A DNA stretch of 60,775 nucleotides from Patescibacteria group bacterium (GCA_038062175.1 JBBTXR010000007.1:1-60775), one strand, 5' to 3'; shown: positions 17,576 to 27,236, counted from the first letter of the stretch. A program made the numbers and translations. The notes: generated from the letters alone by a model not told the origin.

Positions 17576-20500
17576 ATGTACAAAATCTTCCTCTCGCTTC
17601 TTGTCGCCCTTCTTCTTTTCGTTCCTGCCACAAGTCAGGCTGTCACCCTCACCCAGGACCTTACGGCGGGTTCTAAGGGAGCTGAGGTTACCCAGCTCCA
17701 ACTCATCCTCTTCCAGTTCGGCTATTCAACTGCTGCACCAAGCGGTGTCTATGCCGATACAACTGCTGCTGGGGTGCGCGCGCTCCAAAAGAAGTACGGC
17801 CTTCCGGAGTCGGGTGTAGTAGATCAACGCGTACGCAATCTTCTCAACCCATTCATTTCTCGGAACCCGCTATCGGGTACAGCAAAACCATCGGTATCAA
17901 ACGCACCGAGTTTTTCGACATCGGTACCACTTTCGCTTGGAGCGTCAGGCTCAGCGGTGTTCGAGCTTCAACGCAAACTCGCGGCCCTCGGTTATTTCTC
18001 AGAGACCCCAACAGGGTACTTTGGTCAGGTCACTCGTGCAGCAGTCATTGCACTTCAAGCTGCACGCGGTCTTGAACAAGTTGGATATGTTGGCCCGCGT
18101 ACAAGTGCAGCACTTGTCGAGTCATCATCAGGTTCAGTTGCGACAGCGCAACCATCGCAGACAGTCTCTACTCCTGTACCGCCAACCACGACTAGTGGAA
18201 GCGGAATTAAACCAACGCTCACATTTCGTATTGATCGAAAGTTTGCAGCAGCCGGTGATTCTATTCAACTTACTTGGTCTGCAAAACGTGCAGAAAGTTG
18301 TAGCGCATCTAGTGGCTGGTCAGGAGAGAGGGGGGTGAGAGGATCGGAATCGATTACTGTTTCGGGTAATGCTACCTACACCCTCACGTGTACTAGTTCG
18401 TCAGGCGGTACGATCTCAAAATCAGTATGGGTATCAACAACACTCGTCGCACGGAAGGTGGAGGATAAAGAAGATATTGTCGAGACACCGGTCATCGTTG
18501 TTACTCCAACTCCGACTACCCCGACTCCGGAGCCTGTCCCTACTATTGATCCAACAGATAAGACCCGTCCATCTATAGGCTCTATTCTCGTTCCAAAGGC
18601 TACGCTCACCAATAGCGGCATGGTTGTTGCTTGGACAACGAATGAACCTGCCACTACCGTTGTTGAGTACGGTACTACCGTGGCGTACGGACAAACCGTA
18701 TCGACACCCGGCTACAGAACAAGCCATCAACAGACAATTTCCGGTCTCCTGCCTTCGACTACCTACCACTTCCGTGTGAAGTCGGTTGATGCATCGGGCA
18801 ATGCTGCTCAATCACTCGATCGTTTCCGCGATACCCTTGCAGGTTCGATTGCTACACCGACCCCAACCCCAACCCCAACCCCTACACCCACTCCGACACC
18901 AACGCCTACCCCAGAACCGATTCCTTCTGGTCTCGACACATACTATGTGGACTTCGCATCTGGTGCAGATACCAATCCAGGTACTATGACGTCTCCATGG
19001 AAGCATGCGCCAGGTGACCCGAACGCTACCGGTAACCCAGCGAAGGTGGCACTGAAGAGCGGCAATACGATCCAGTTCAAGGGAGGTGTCGTCTATTACG
19101 GACAGATCTCAACCAAGGCTGCAGGTGTCACATATCGTGGCTCTGGGTGGGGAACAGGCAAGGCGATCATCGATGGTTCGCAGCCGGTTACGGGTCTTCG
19201 TAAGTGCGTCTCAGTTGCTGACTGTGCAGGGAATCCAAATTGGCAGCGTATCTATCGCACCACAGTCACTCTTCCAAGTCACATTACAGAATCACCAGCG
19301 CACAACCTTCATCTCATGCGTGGACTCGACCGCATGACGGTTGCGCAGCAGCCAGCTTCTACGAATAAGTACTATCAGGCGTACGAGAACTTCTACACCA
19401 TCCAGCCTGCACAGATATCGAAGACTTCGCTCACCGATTCACGGCTCGCCTCTCTTGGCGGTTCAAATCTCATTGGATCCACCGTTCATGTTTGGGGTCA
19501 GCCAAATGAGATAATCCCTCGTAAGATCACTGGTTACAGCAACGGCACCATAACGTTCGCATCGCTCACGCCCTACACCAATCGGAACTCGCTCTACGCG
19601 ATCTCGAACAACGCAAGCGGAGCCATCTTCGACACACCTGGAGAGTACTACTTCAATTCTTCCACCAATGAGCTCTACATCATGCCGTATGCTGATTCAG
19701 ATGTGGCGGGAGGCACCATCACCATGGCATCGAGCCCGTATGGTTTCAACCTCAATACCCACGAAAACATCACCATCGATGGATTCATTATCCGCAAGCA
19801 CGCAGGTGACGGCGGTCGCGAGGGTCAGGGTATCGTGAAGTACACCACCGGCTCAGCCGGAGGATACGTCATCAGTAATAACGAAGTCGCATACAGCTAC
19901 TCACCGCAGAAGGGCGGCGCCATAGGTCTCCTGGGAGCAGCGGACAACACAATCATCCGCGACAACTACGTGCATGATATCGGCGGTAACATGCGTGGCA
20001 TCTCGGTGACTGGCGAGGATGTTCTCATAAAGAATAATCACGTGAAGAATGTTGCGCGAACCGCCATCTTCTTCGGCGAAATGACGGACGGCACTATCGA
20101 CGGTAACTATATCGAGGATAATAACTCGGCCCACGGTAACGGTATGTCCGTCTATCAGAACTCCAAGGACATCACGATCTCGAACAACCGCATCGTGCGC
20201 TCGAATATTCCGTTCACGATGGAGCAATCATCAAATATCACCATCTTCAACAATGTGTTTGTGGGGCCCGGATCGGACAGTCCCGCATTTGCTGATTGGG
20301 GTGGTATGTCAGGGACGAACTACGTCCTCAACAACACCTTCGCGAATGGATACCTTCTTCTCGGTAGTGCGGACAAGAGTGCAACTAACTACACCGTGCG
20401 GAATAACATCATCAACGGCGGCGGTACGAGAGGTCCGAATACTACGTACAGCCACAACATCTACACAGCTCTCATCTGGAACCAAAGTGCTCGATACGGA

Positions 20501-20704
20501 TGGGCTGCTGAGTCAACCGAGCGGATCATTACTGATGTGGGATCAATCCTCGCGAATCCACTAGGTGAGATCTTCTCACTCAAGACGGGGTCTCCGGCTA
20601 TTGATGCGGGCGCAAACCTCTCGATCTACTTCACACGCGACATTAACGGAACAAAACGTCCACTTGGAAACGGCTTCGATATTGGTGCCTACGAGTTGCG
20701 CTAG
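17576..20704 (+). CDS. Large secreted protein: two peptidoglycan-binding domains, FN3-like module, TP linker and right-handed beta-helix
   Basis: Signal peptide MYKIFLSLLVALLLFVPATSQA. Two PG_binding_1-like repeats (GSKGAEVTQLQLIL..., GASGSAVFELQRKLAALGYF). An FN3/PAP-N-like module (TTVVEYGTTVAYGQT...YHFRVKSVDASGN). The C-terminal parallel beta-helix has repeats such as NNxI..N and NNVF. Confidence 0.75.
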   Translation: MYKIFLSLLVALLLFVPATSQAVTLTQDLTAGSKGAEVTQLQLILFQFGYSTAAPSGVYADTTAAGVRALQKKYGLPESGVVDQRVRNLLNPFISRNPLSGTAKPSVSNAPSFSTSVPLSLGASGSAVFELQRKLAALGYFSETPTGYFGQVTRAAVIALQAARGLEQVGYVGPRTSAALVESSSGSVATAQPSQTVSTPVPPTTTSGSGIKPTLTFRIDRKFAAAGDSIQLTWSAKRAESCSASSGWSGERGVRGSESITVSGNATYTLTCTSSSGGTISKSVWVSTTLVARKVEDKEDIVETPVIVVTPTPTTPTPEPVPTIDPTDKTRPSIGSILVPKATLTNSGMVVAWTTNEPATTVVEYGTTVAYGQTVSTPGYRTSHQQTISGLLPSTTYHFRVKSVDASGNAAQSLDRFRDTLAGSIATPTPTPTPTPTPTPTPTPTPEPIPSGLDTYYVDFASGADTNPGTMTSPWKHAPGDPNATGNPAKVALKSGNTIQFKGGVVYYGQISTKAAGVTYRGSGWGTGKAIIDGSQPVTGLRKCVSVADCAGNPNWQRIYRTTVTLPSHITESPAHNLHLMRGLDRMTVAQQPASTNKYYQAYENFYTIQPAQISKTSLTDSRLASLGGSNLIGSTVHVWGQPNEIIPRKITGYSNGTITFASLTPYTNRNSLYAISNNASGAIFDTPGEYYFNSSTNELYIMPYADSDVAGGTITMASSPYGFNLNTHENITIDGFIIRKHAGDGGREGQGIVKYTTGSAGGYVISNNEVAYSYSPQKGGAIGLLGAADNTIIRDNYVHDIGGNMRGISVTGEDVLIKNNHVKNVARTAIFFGEMTDGTIDGNYIEDNNSAHGNGMSVYQNSKDITISNNRIVRSNIPFTMEQSSNITIFNNVFVGPGSDSPAFADWGGMSGTNYVLNNTFANGYLLLGSADKSATNYTVRNNIINGGGTRGPNTTYSHNIYTALIWNQSARYGWAAESTERIITDVGSILANPLGEIFSLKTGSPAIDAGANLSIYFTRDINGTKRPLGNGFDIGAYELR
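18854..18913 (+). repeat. (Thr-Pro)x10 coding microsatellite-like linker
   Basis: ACN-CCN is repeated ten times and encodes TPTPTPTPTPTPTPTPTPTP inside the 17576-20704 gene. Confidence 0.9.
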
Positions 20705-20725
20705 GAGCTTGGTATACTGCGAGCC

Positions 20726-21208
20726 ATGAAAAAGAATACTTGGCTCTGGATCCTGGGCATCATCCTCTTACTCGTCATTGTATGGTTCGCATCGACAGGG
20801 AATCGCGAGGGACCAAAGACAAGCAGAACGACGGACGAGATCGCTGTAGCATGTACCACGCACGAGTCTGATCGCTTCCACATTCATCCGGTCCTACAGA
20901 TTATGGTTGATGGGGTGTCGGTAGCGATACCTGCCGATGTCGGTATTACTCCTGGCTGTATGAAAACACTCCATACGCATACACCCGATGGCATCATACA
21001 TATCGAGTCTGGTGAGCCGCGTGACTTCACGCTCGGTCACTTCTTCACTAGTTGGGAACGACCTTTTAGTCGCACTCAGGTACTCGATCATGTCGCAGGC
21101 GACACGCACCGTATTCGTATGACCGTAAACGGCTCCGAAGTCGATACGTACGAGAATACGATTCTGCGTGATCACGATCAGATCGTGATCTATTACGAAG
21201 CTATCTAA
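20726..21208 (+). CDS. Membrane-anchored hypothetical protein (160 aa), His-rich extracytoplasmic domain
   Basis: N-terminal TM, then HIHPVLQIMVDG...CMKTLHTHTPDGIIHIE. TGgTATACT lies 7 nt upstream of the ATG. Confidence 0.6.
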   Translation: MKKNTWLWILGIILLLVIVWFASTGNREGPKTSRTTDEIAVACTTHESDRFHIHPVLQIMVDGVSVAIPADVGITPGCMKTLHTHTPDGIIHIESGEPRDFTLGHFFTSWERPFSRTQVLDHVAGDTHRIRMTVNGSEVDTYENTILRDHDQIVIYYEAI

Positions 21209-21215
21209 TCTTTAT

Positions 21216-21644
21216 ATGTTGTACGGACTCATTGGGCCTGTTGAAGTGCAGTTTTTGATTATCATCGCATTCTCACTTCTACTCGGCTTTTTGATCGGTG
21301 TTGAGCGTGAGGCAAGAGGGAAGGATGCAGGTATTAGCACTCACGTGCTCGTTATAGCTGGTGCCGCACTCTTCACTCTCATCTCTTCGCTCGTCGATCC
21401 AGCTTCGACTTCGCGCATTGCCGCACAGATTGTCTCAGGTATCGGATTTCTCGGCGCCGGTCTCATTCTCAAGGAAGGTGCGAGTGTCAAAAATCTCACT
21501 ACGGCCGCAAGTCTTTGGGTCGCTGGTGCTATCGGTATGGCGCTCGGGTTTGGGTTCTATGCGATCGCAGTTATTGCAGCGATCGTATCGATGCTCGCTC
21601 CGAGGATTCCGCACCTGCGGAAGGAAAATGGATACGAAGGATAG
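21216..21644 (+). CDS. MgtC/SapB-family membrane protein
   Basis: LLGFLIGVEREARGKDAGISTHVLVIAGAALF is the MgtC N-terminal domain signature. Confidence 0.8.
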   Translation: MLYGLIGPVEVQFLIIIAFSLLLGFLIGVEREARGKDAGISTHVLVIAGAALFTLISSLVDPASTSRIAAQIVSGIGFLGAGLILKEGASVKNLTTAASLWVAGAIGMALGFGFYAIAVIAAIVSMLAPRIPHLRKENGYEG

Positions 21645-21710
21645 TGCATAACCTCATCCATAGCACTGACCGGGTGCTATCGTGTGAGGTATAGCCATCT
21701 AATCTCACCT

Positions 21711-22094
21711 ATGGAGATATTCCTCGCAAAGCTGTTCGGTATGTATTTCATCGTGATGGGCGTCATCATGCTTCTCCGACGTAAGTCGATTATCCCTGCC
21801 ATCCGTGACTTTGCCTCTAACGCAGGTCTTCGTGTCGTCATCGGTGCAATTGAGATCGTCGCCGGTCTTGCGCTCGTGATTAACTACTCCGTCGTCTCGC
21901 TTTCCGTGCCCGGTATTATCGCGCTTGTCGGTTACATGATGGTCATCGAGGGTATTCTGTACATGTCGATGCCAGCGAAGTTCATTCAGAGCTTCATTCG
22001 TTCGTTCAATAAGCCGGTGTGGTATCACGCAGGGGGCGCGATCGCGATTGTCGCAGGTATCTACCTTGCTGGTACCGGCTTCGGCTACTTCTAG
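21711..22094 (+). CDS. Hypothetical membrane protein (127 aa)
   Basis: 4 TM helices. TCTAAT (21698-21703) lies 7 nt upstream of the ATG. The ORF also extends to GTG 21684. Confidence 0.5.
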   Translation: MEIFLAKLFGMYFIVMGVIMLLRRKSIIPAIRDFASNAGLRVVIGAIEIVAGLALVINYSVVSLSVPGIIALVGYMMVIEGILYMSMPAKFIQSFIRSFNKPVWYHAGGAIAIVAGIYLAGTGFGYF

Positions 22095-22127
22095 TAATAG
22101 AGACGCGTTCTACGCGTCTTAGTCCAT

Positions 22128-22721
22128 ATGAAAGGCTTATTTGTTGCCCCAGTCCTCTTTGTGGGGGTGTTCGGGCTTGCGCTTGCGGTGCACGCACGAA
22201 CTCCAGCCGAAGATGGACCTACGATGTGTACCATGCAGTACCAGCCAGTCTGTGGAGCAAAGCAGGTGCAATGCGTTAGTGCCCCTTGTTATCCGCAGTA
22301 CCATACCTACGGTAACTCCTGCATGATGGGAGTCGATGGGGGATCCTTCATTCATGAGGGGGAGTGTACGGCTAGCGAGACAGGTCCCGTTACAGGGAAG
22401 CCGTATGTGCCACCAGCACACTGCACGTCATGGTTTGATGGGTGCAATCAATGCGGACGCGGTGACAATGGGGAATCGTACTGCACGCTGAAGGCCTGTG
22501 TTGGTGACCCTGCTCCAGGGTACTGCACGGCCTATGACGAACCTCCCAAAGAGACGCCACCCAAGTTAGTTCCACCTATAGATTCTTCAACTACCTCACC
22601 CCAAGAGGAGAACGATAGTGCAACAGCAACGTCTAGTGTGCAGACCGAAGGATTCTTCGCAAAGATTGGCGAATTCTTCTCAGGTATTTTTGAGAAGCTG
22701 AGCAACCTGTTTACCAGGTAA
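22128..22721 (+). CDS. Secreted Cys-rich protein with a Kazal-like module
   Basis: Signal peptide, then CTMQYQPVCGAK...YHTYGNSCMMGV...GEC (Kazal-like spacing). A second Cys-rich block and a Pro/Thr tail follow. Confidence 0.5.
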   Translation: MKGLFVAPVLFVGVFGLALAVHARTPAEDGPTMCTMQYQPVCGAKQVQCVSAPCYPQYHTYGNSCMMGVDGGSFIHEGECTASETGPVTGKPYVPPAHCTSWFDGCNQCGRGDNGESYCTLKACVGDPAPGYCTAYDEPPKETPPKLVPPIDSSTTSPQEENDSATATSSVQTEGFFAKIGEFFSGIFEKLSNLFTR

Positions 22722-23022
22722 CTCCAGTAGTGGGGTGCTCGCGCCGGTCTTGCTCAAAGCGCTTTGCAAGCGTGACGCCGGCCACTAGTATTCCAAGGAA
22801 GAATGCCACGAGTGCATAGCCAAGTGCTTGAGGCATGAGGCTTGCGTAGAGCCAGAGCCAGCCAGCAACAAAGAGGTTCGCGGTGCCCCAGACGACGTTT
22901 AACAGTGCGCCTCCCTCGCGACGAAGCGGGGTATGGTGCCGCTGCCCGAGAATACCTTTCACGAAATGTGGAAAGCCGTTTGCAAGCACAAGCCCGGCGA
23001 GGAAATAGAGTACGTATGCCAT
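22711..23022 (-). CDS. Hypothetical membrane protein (103 aa)
   Basis: 3 hydrophobic helices. Convergent with the previous gene and overlaps it by 11 nt. Confidence 0.45.
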   Translation of the reverse strand: MAYVLYFLAGLVLANGFPHFVKGILGQRHHTPLRREGGALLNVVWGTANLFVAGWLWLYASLMPQALGYALVAFFLGILVAGVTLAKRFEQDRREHPTTGVTW

Positions 23023-23090
23023 AGGTCTGTAGTATCAGGTCTATCCCGTGAATACGGCATGAACGGGACAACTCTGGTATCATGCCAGCC

Positions 23091-23438
23091 ATGACAAAGC
23101 TAATTGGTATCGGGGTACTCGCGCTCATTGTGGTCGCCGTTCTTGTGGTTATGATCCCTCCTGCGCGGGAGGAAGTGGTCGAGGAGGTCGTAGTAGAGCA
23201 GCCCGTCTTAGGACGAGATGCACTTGTTGAGACATACATTAAAGAACATATTTCCGAACTCTCAACCGAGGCTGAGGTTCTTGGCGGTACCTACTACGTA
23301 ACGAGCGTCCATGCTGAGAACGGAACGGGTACGGTTTCCTATGAGGACGGGCACGTTGCCTATACCGCAGACTTTACGTATATCCATGTAAAGGACAGCG
23401 GTAATATATCCATCTCCTCGTTCGTCATCAGAGAATAA
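23091..23438 (+). CDS. Membrane-anchored hypothetical protein
   Basis: N-terminal TM IGIGVLALIVVAVLVVMI. TGgTATCAT (23075-23083) lies 7 nt upstream of ATG 23091; an alternative ATG is at 23082. Confidence 0.5.
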   Translation: MTKLIGIGVLALIVVAVLVVMIPPAREEVVEEVVVEQPVLGRDALVETYIKEHISELSTEAEVLGGTYYVTSVHAENGTGTVSYEDGHVAYTADFTYIHVKDSGNISISSFVIRE

Positions 23439-23481
23439 GTTCACCGCTTCATTAAACGTTAAGTTGCACTCCCGCAGAGTT

Positions 23482-24114
23482 ATGTCCATGTCACGTACTA
23501 CCATTCTCGTCCTCGCAGTTATCGTTCTATTTCTCGTCGGAGTCGGGCTAGCTCTTTATCATCTCAACGATGCTGGGGAGCGAGAAGTTGTGAATCAGTA
23601 TCGCGGTGCTGCATTTAGCTTTACCTACCCGCTTGGACTTGAGATTGAGGAGAACTCAAATGGCGCTATCGCAATCGGTTCAACCACTGCTAGTGGATTC
23701 GATTCTGCAGTAAATCTCACGATTGTGACTCCGGGTGAGATCGAGACACAAAGTCCAGTCGCAAGCGAACTCCCACCCTTCCTCAGCAATCTTTGTGTAA
23801 CCACAAGTCCCGCTGAGCGTACCTACTGTGAGCGTGAGGAGCGCCATCAGGCGGTCACCACCAAGAGTGGGGCAGAAGCGCAGGAGTACTATCTGGTACT
23901 CACTCGTGAGCGAGCAGGAAGGGAGCCAGAGCGCGTTACTTATGGACCGATATATCTCTATATCACACCAGCCATTAATCCTGACTCAGAGACTGACTAT
24001 GCCGTATTGACCGTCAGCAATTCTGTAGAGGCCGTACTTGCTGGAAATGCTGATCTTCCACTTCTTACCCGTATCAATGATTCCGTCACAATTAGTGAGG
24101 AAGAAGATCGCTAG
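23482..24114 (+). CDS. Membrane-anchored hypothetical protein
   Basis: N-terminal TM ILVLAVIVLFLVGVGLALY and no recognised domain. Confidence 0.5.
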   Translation: MSMSRTTILVLAVIVLFLVGVGLALYHLNDAGEREVVNQYRGAAFSFTYPLGLEIEENSNGAIAIGSTTASGFDSAVNLTIVTPGEIETQSPVASELPPFLSNLCVTTSPAERTYCEREERHQAVTTKSGAEAQEYYLVLTRERAGREPERVTYGPIYLYITPAINPDSETDYAVLTVSNSVEAVLAGNADLPLLTRINDSVTISEEEDR

Positions 24115-24187
24115 CTCATCCACATCCCCAGCCGCACCCATTTGATTAAGCGGTACACTATATACGTTATCCGTATATAGCTAAATC

Positions 24188-24610
24188 ATGCGTAATATAT
24201 TGCAGTGTAATTGCGGCCCAAAGTTTGCGCCGGTCGCGTCCCTCCTCCTTCGGGTGGTCGTCGGCGTTATCTTCCTCGTACATGGGTGGCAGAAGCTTCA
24301 GGGTGGTATTCCAGGTACGGCCGGTTTTCTCGGCACGCTTGGGTTCCCGGCACCTGAGTTCTTCGCGGTGCTCCTAATCGCTGCTGAGGTGATTGGTGGT
24401 GCACTTCTTATCATCGGTCTCTTGACTCACTGGGCAGCGAAGATCCTTGCGATTGTTTCCATCGTTGCGCTTGTCACCGTACACCTCGGTAAGGGATTCT
24501 TCGTATCCGGAGGCGGTTACGAGTTCATCCTTCTTCTCTTGGTCGCCAGCCTTTCGGTTATGGCGATGGGAGGAGGGAAGTGGTCAGTCGATGCACATTT
24601 GAAGAAATAG
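24188..24610 (+). CDS. DoxX-family membrane protein
   Basis: LLLRVVVGVIFLVHGWQKL and 4 TM helices, the DoxX signature. Confidence 0.8.
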   Translation: MRNILQCNCGPKFAPVASLLLRVVVGVIFLVHGWQKLQGGIPGTAGFLGTLGFPAPEFFAVLLIAAEVIGGALLIIGLLTHWAAKILAIVSIVALVTVHLGKGFFVSGGGYEFILLLLVASLSVMAMGGGKWSVDAHLKK

Positions 24611-24621
24611 GTATCTCTTTC

Positions 24622-24660
24622 AAATACTAAAACCACCCATTACGGGTGGTTTTAGTATTT
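24622..24660. terminator. Bidirectional terminator (DoxX gene / SOS operon)
   Basis: Perfect 17-bp stem AAATACTAAAACCACCC / GGGTGGTTTTAGTATTT with an ATTAC loop. Confidence 0.8.
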
Positions 24661-24668
24661 CCACCTAT

Positions 24669-25190
24669 TCAAAATCGAAACGTAATCGAATACCGCTTCT
24701 CTTCAACCGGCGGAATACTGTGTTGCCACAAGGATCGTGCAGAACCCGACATCATGTAGATCGAACGAGGTGCTGCGATCTGCGTGAATCGTTTCCATCC
24801 CTTGCCCTCACGTTTGCGCAATCTAAAGTTACAGGTGCCGCCCAGTGATACGCCAAAGACGGTGCTGTAGGGTGGGCGATCTCGGTGCCATCCGATCGGC
24901 GTTCCTGCCTCATACTTACTCACGAGTGCGTTATCAATCTTCTCAGGTGCTATCCCTGCCCAGTCGGTGACTGCATCACGAAGAATCTTCAGAGGTGTGG
25001 GCAGTGCGCGTTCAGTAAACCAACGAACCTTCCGTTTGGCTGTGTACTCGCCATGCTCGTAGTTCTTCAATTTGAGTCCGTGAAGATACTGGAGAAGTTC
25101 CACCTCCTCCTCTTCAGTCAGGAAGTCAGGTTGGTAGATAAACCCGTGGGGAGCGCGCACCGAAGTCGGGAAGAGGTCGAGCTGCGCCAT
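24669..25190 (-). CDS. alkB: AlkB-like 2OG-Fe(II) dioxygenase (alkylation repair)
   Basis: FIYQPDFLTEEEE..., the HxD motif in GWHRDRP, the distal His in LWQHSIPP, and the C-terminal RYSITFR. Confidence 0.75.
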   Translation of the reverse strand: MAQLDLFPTSVRAPHGFIYQPDFLTEEEEVELLQYLHGLKLKNYEHGEYTAKRKVRWFTERALPTPLKILRDAVTDWAGIAPEKIDNALVSKYEAGTPIGWHRDRPPYSTVFGVSLGGTCNFRLRKREGKGWKRFTQIAAPRSIYMMSGSARSLWQHSIPPVEEKRYSITFRF

Positions 25191-25192
25191 AC

Positions 25193-26524
25193 CTAATACA
25201 CATCGCCTAACATCGGAAGCGAAAACAATTTTAGGCGCTTCTTTCCATCAAACAGGGAAGCTGGTCGATACTTCGAGATACTTCCGATGCCATTACCGTC
25301 CGCTGCCTGCTTCCGAATGGCGACGGCTTTTGCGCTTGAGCCAAGATATATTGTATCCCTCCCGTACTTTTCGGTGAGCTCATCGACACTCTCGAATAAC
25401 CGATCCATCCCTTCGGTTTTCTCGGATGACACAAACAGATCGAGCTGTTCAGGTTTTGCTTCCCGTAACCCGGTGAGCGTAATACCGGTTGCACGGTAGC
25501 GAATCCTTTTTCGATAGAGCTTGGTGAAGAAGGGTTCGAGAGCGTGCAGAATCTCACTTGGCACATTGGTTGGTCGCGGGAGGGTGACCGCGTGCGTGTG
25601 ATACCTAAACTCAGAGGTTTTCAAAAAGAACGAGAGTCCGGTCGCAACCAGGTTATATCTGCGCGCCTTGCGACAGGCCCCCTCAATATTCTTTGAGAGT
25701 TCAGAGTACAACACTGCAGGGCTATCCGACGCAGGACTAAAGGTTCGCGTCTTCTGAATAGAGTGGTAGTCATCCTTCTGCTCGGTCACGAGCGGCAAGA
25801 CAGACTCACCATTCAATTCCTGCCATAGTTCATAAATAGGTTTGGTGACTCGTGCTTGAACCCACTCCTTATTCTTGCTCGCAAACTCTCCGGCAGTCTG
25901 CACCCCATGTTTTCGCAGTAGTGCGCCCGTGTTTGCTCCGATACCCCAGACTTTTTCAATCGGCACCGTCGCAAGAAAGGCATCTTTGCCGATAAGCGGG
26001 ATGGGGGTGAATCCATTGGGCTTGCGGTAATTGGAACCGATCTTCGCAAGCACCTTTGTTGAAGAGAGTCCGACTGAGAAGGTGATATCAAGCTCGCGAT
26101 ACAGGTCAGCCTTGATGGTCTGCGCAATCTCTTCGTATGACTTATTAAGTGTGCGGCGTAGTCCCGTAATGTCTCCAAAGCATTCATCGATACCATACTC
26201 CTCAACCTCAGGGGTATACCTGCGCATGATCTCGTACATGCGTAGGGAATAGAGTGTGTAGAGCTGATAGTCGGACGAGATGATGATTGCCTCCGGACAG
26301 ATCCGCTTCACGTCCCGGAGTGCTACGCCGCGCGTAATACCTCGCGCCTTCGCTTCATAGGTTGCAGCGGACACAATGCCACGTTCCTTGCCGGTTACGA
26401 CCGGTTTCCCGCGAAGTGATGGATCTCTTGCTACCTCGCAGGCAGCGAAGAATCCATCCCCGTCGACATGCACGATGGCGCGGGGATAGTAGTAGTGCTT
26501 ACCCCACCCGACTTCGGTTGGCAT
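25193..26524 (-). CDS. Y-family translesion DNA polymerase (DinB/UmuC-like)
   Basis: AIVHVDGDGFFAACE catalytic motif, SIDECF-like GIDECFGD, and palm, thumb and little-finger length. I chose ATG 26524; the ORF extends to TTG 26587. Confidence 0.85.
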   Translation of the reverse strand: MPTEVGWGKHYYYPRAIVHVDGDGFFAACEVARDPSLRGKPVVTGKERGIVSAATYEAKARGITRGVALRDVKRICPEAIIISSDYQLYTLYSLRMYEIMRRYTPEVEEYGIDECFGDITGLRRTLNKSYEEIAQTIKADLYRELDITFSVGLSSTKVLAKIGSNYRKPNGFTPIPLIGKDAFLATVPIEKVWGIGANTGALLRKHGVQTAGEFASKNKEWVQARVTKPIYELWQELNGESVLPLVTEQKDDYHSIQKTRTFSPASDSPAVLYSELSKNIEGACRKARRYNLVATGLSFFLKTSEFRYHTHAVTLPRPTNVPSEILHALEPFFTKLYRKRIRYRATGITLTGLREAKPEQLDLFVSSEKTEGMDRLFESVDELTEKYGRDTIYLGSSAKAVAIRKQAADGNGIGSISKYRPASLFDGKKRLKLFSLPMLGDVY

Positions 26525-26634
26525 ATGCAGACTTGCGGATAGGGCGGCGTACCTTGGTGCGCCTGAGCACACGCTCGAAACTCGCAAGTTGGTAGAGGGT
26601 GGGAGTGAAAGTGGCAGTAGTCATAAGTAAGTAA

Positions 26635-27201
26635 TTAATATTTACGCACGACAGCAGTTACGACCGCTTCGATCGAAAGACTGCCTTTTGGATAGATGGG
26701 CTTGTAGGCTGCGTTTGCAGGCTCGAGGTAATACTGATCACCCTGCTTCCGGAGGTACTTCATTGTGTACTCGCCCTCAATAGAGGCGATCACGATCTGT
26801 CCTGGCTTGTAGGTCGGACGACGCTCCACGATCACGAGGTCTCCCGGACAGATACCAGCATCGATCATCGAGTCACCTTTGACCTTGAGGATATAGCTCG
26901 ATTCCTTGTGCGGAGTGAGGTACTCGTCGAAGTCCATGACATCAAGGAGTTCCTCCTCTGCAGGGGAGGGGAACCCAGCCTCCACAAGACCGAGTAGCGG
27001 AGCACCCCGCATAAGGCGACCGGGGATGAGGTGTCCATCACGGTCCTTCTCGACGACACCAGCGTCAACCAACCGGCCGATAAGCTTGTACACGGCATTC
27101 TTCGATTTGAAGCCCGTGAGCGCCATAAGCTCCTTGTATCCCGGCATGCGGCGGTGCTTCTCGTAGAAGGTAGTCAGCTTTTTCTTGTGGTCATCGGCCA
27201 T
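26635..27201 (-). CDS. lexA: LexA-like repressor (wHTH plus S24 peptidase)
   Basis: N-terminal winged helix (GYKELMALTGFKSKNAVYKLIGRL), Ala-Gly cleavage site (VEAGFP), Ser in GDSM and Lys in TMKYL. Confidence 0.85.
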   Translation of the reverse strand: MADDHKKKLTTFYEKHRRMPGYKELMALTGFKSKNAVYKLIGRLVDAGVVEKDRDGHLIPGRLMRGAPLLGLVEAGFPSPAEEELLDVMDFDEYLTPHKESSYILKVKGDSMIDAGICPGDLVIVERRPTYKPGQIVIASIEGEYTMKYLRKQGDQYYLEPANAAYKPIYPKGSLSIEAVVTAVVRKY

Positions 27202-27207
27202 GTACTG

Positions 27208-27236
27208 AGTATAGGTGAACCATGGTTCACCTGCAA
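27208..27236 (-). promoter_or_regulatory. lexA promoter with a Cheo-type SOS box in the spacer
   Basis: On the minus strand: TTGCAG, 17-nt spacer, TATACT, then ATG 6 nt later. The spacer is filled by the perfect 18-nt palindrome GGTGAACCATGGTTCACC (27214-27231), which contains GAAC-N4-GTTC. Confidence 0.75.

Noticed and set aside
18854-18913. Short tandem repeat considered as a possible CRISPR or other non-coding array
   Set aside because: It has a 6-nt period, is in frame inside a long ORF, and encodes (TP)10. No spacers or cas genes are present.
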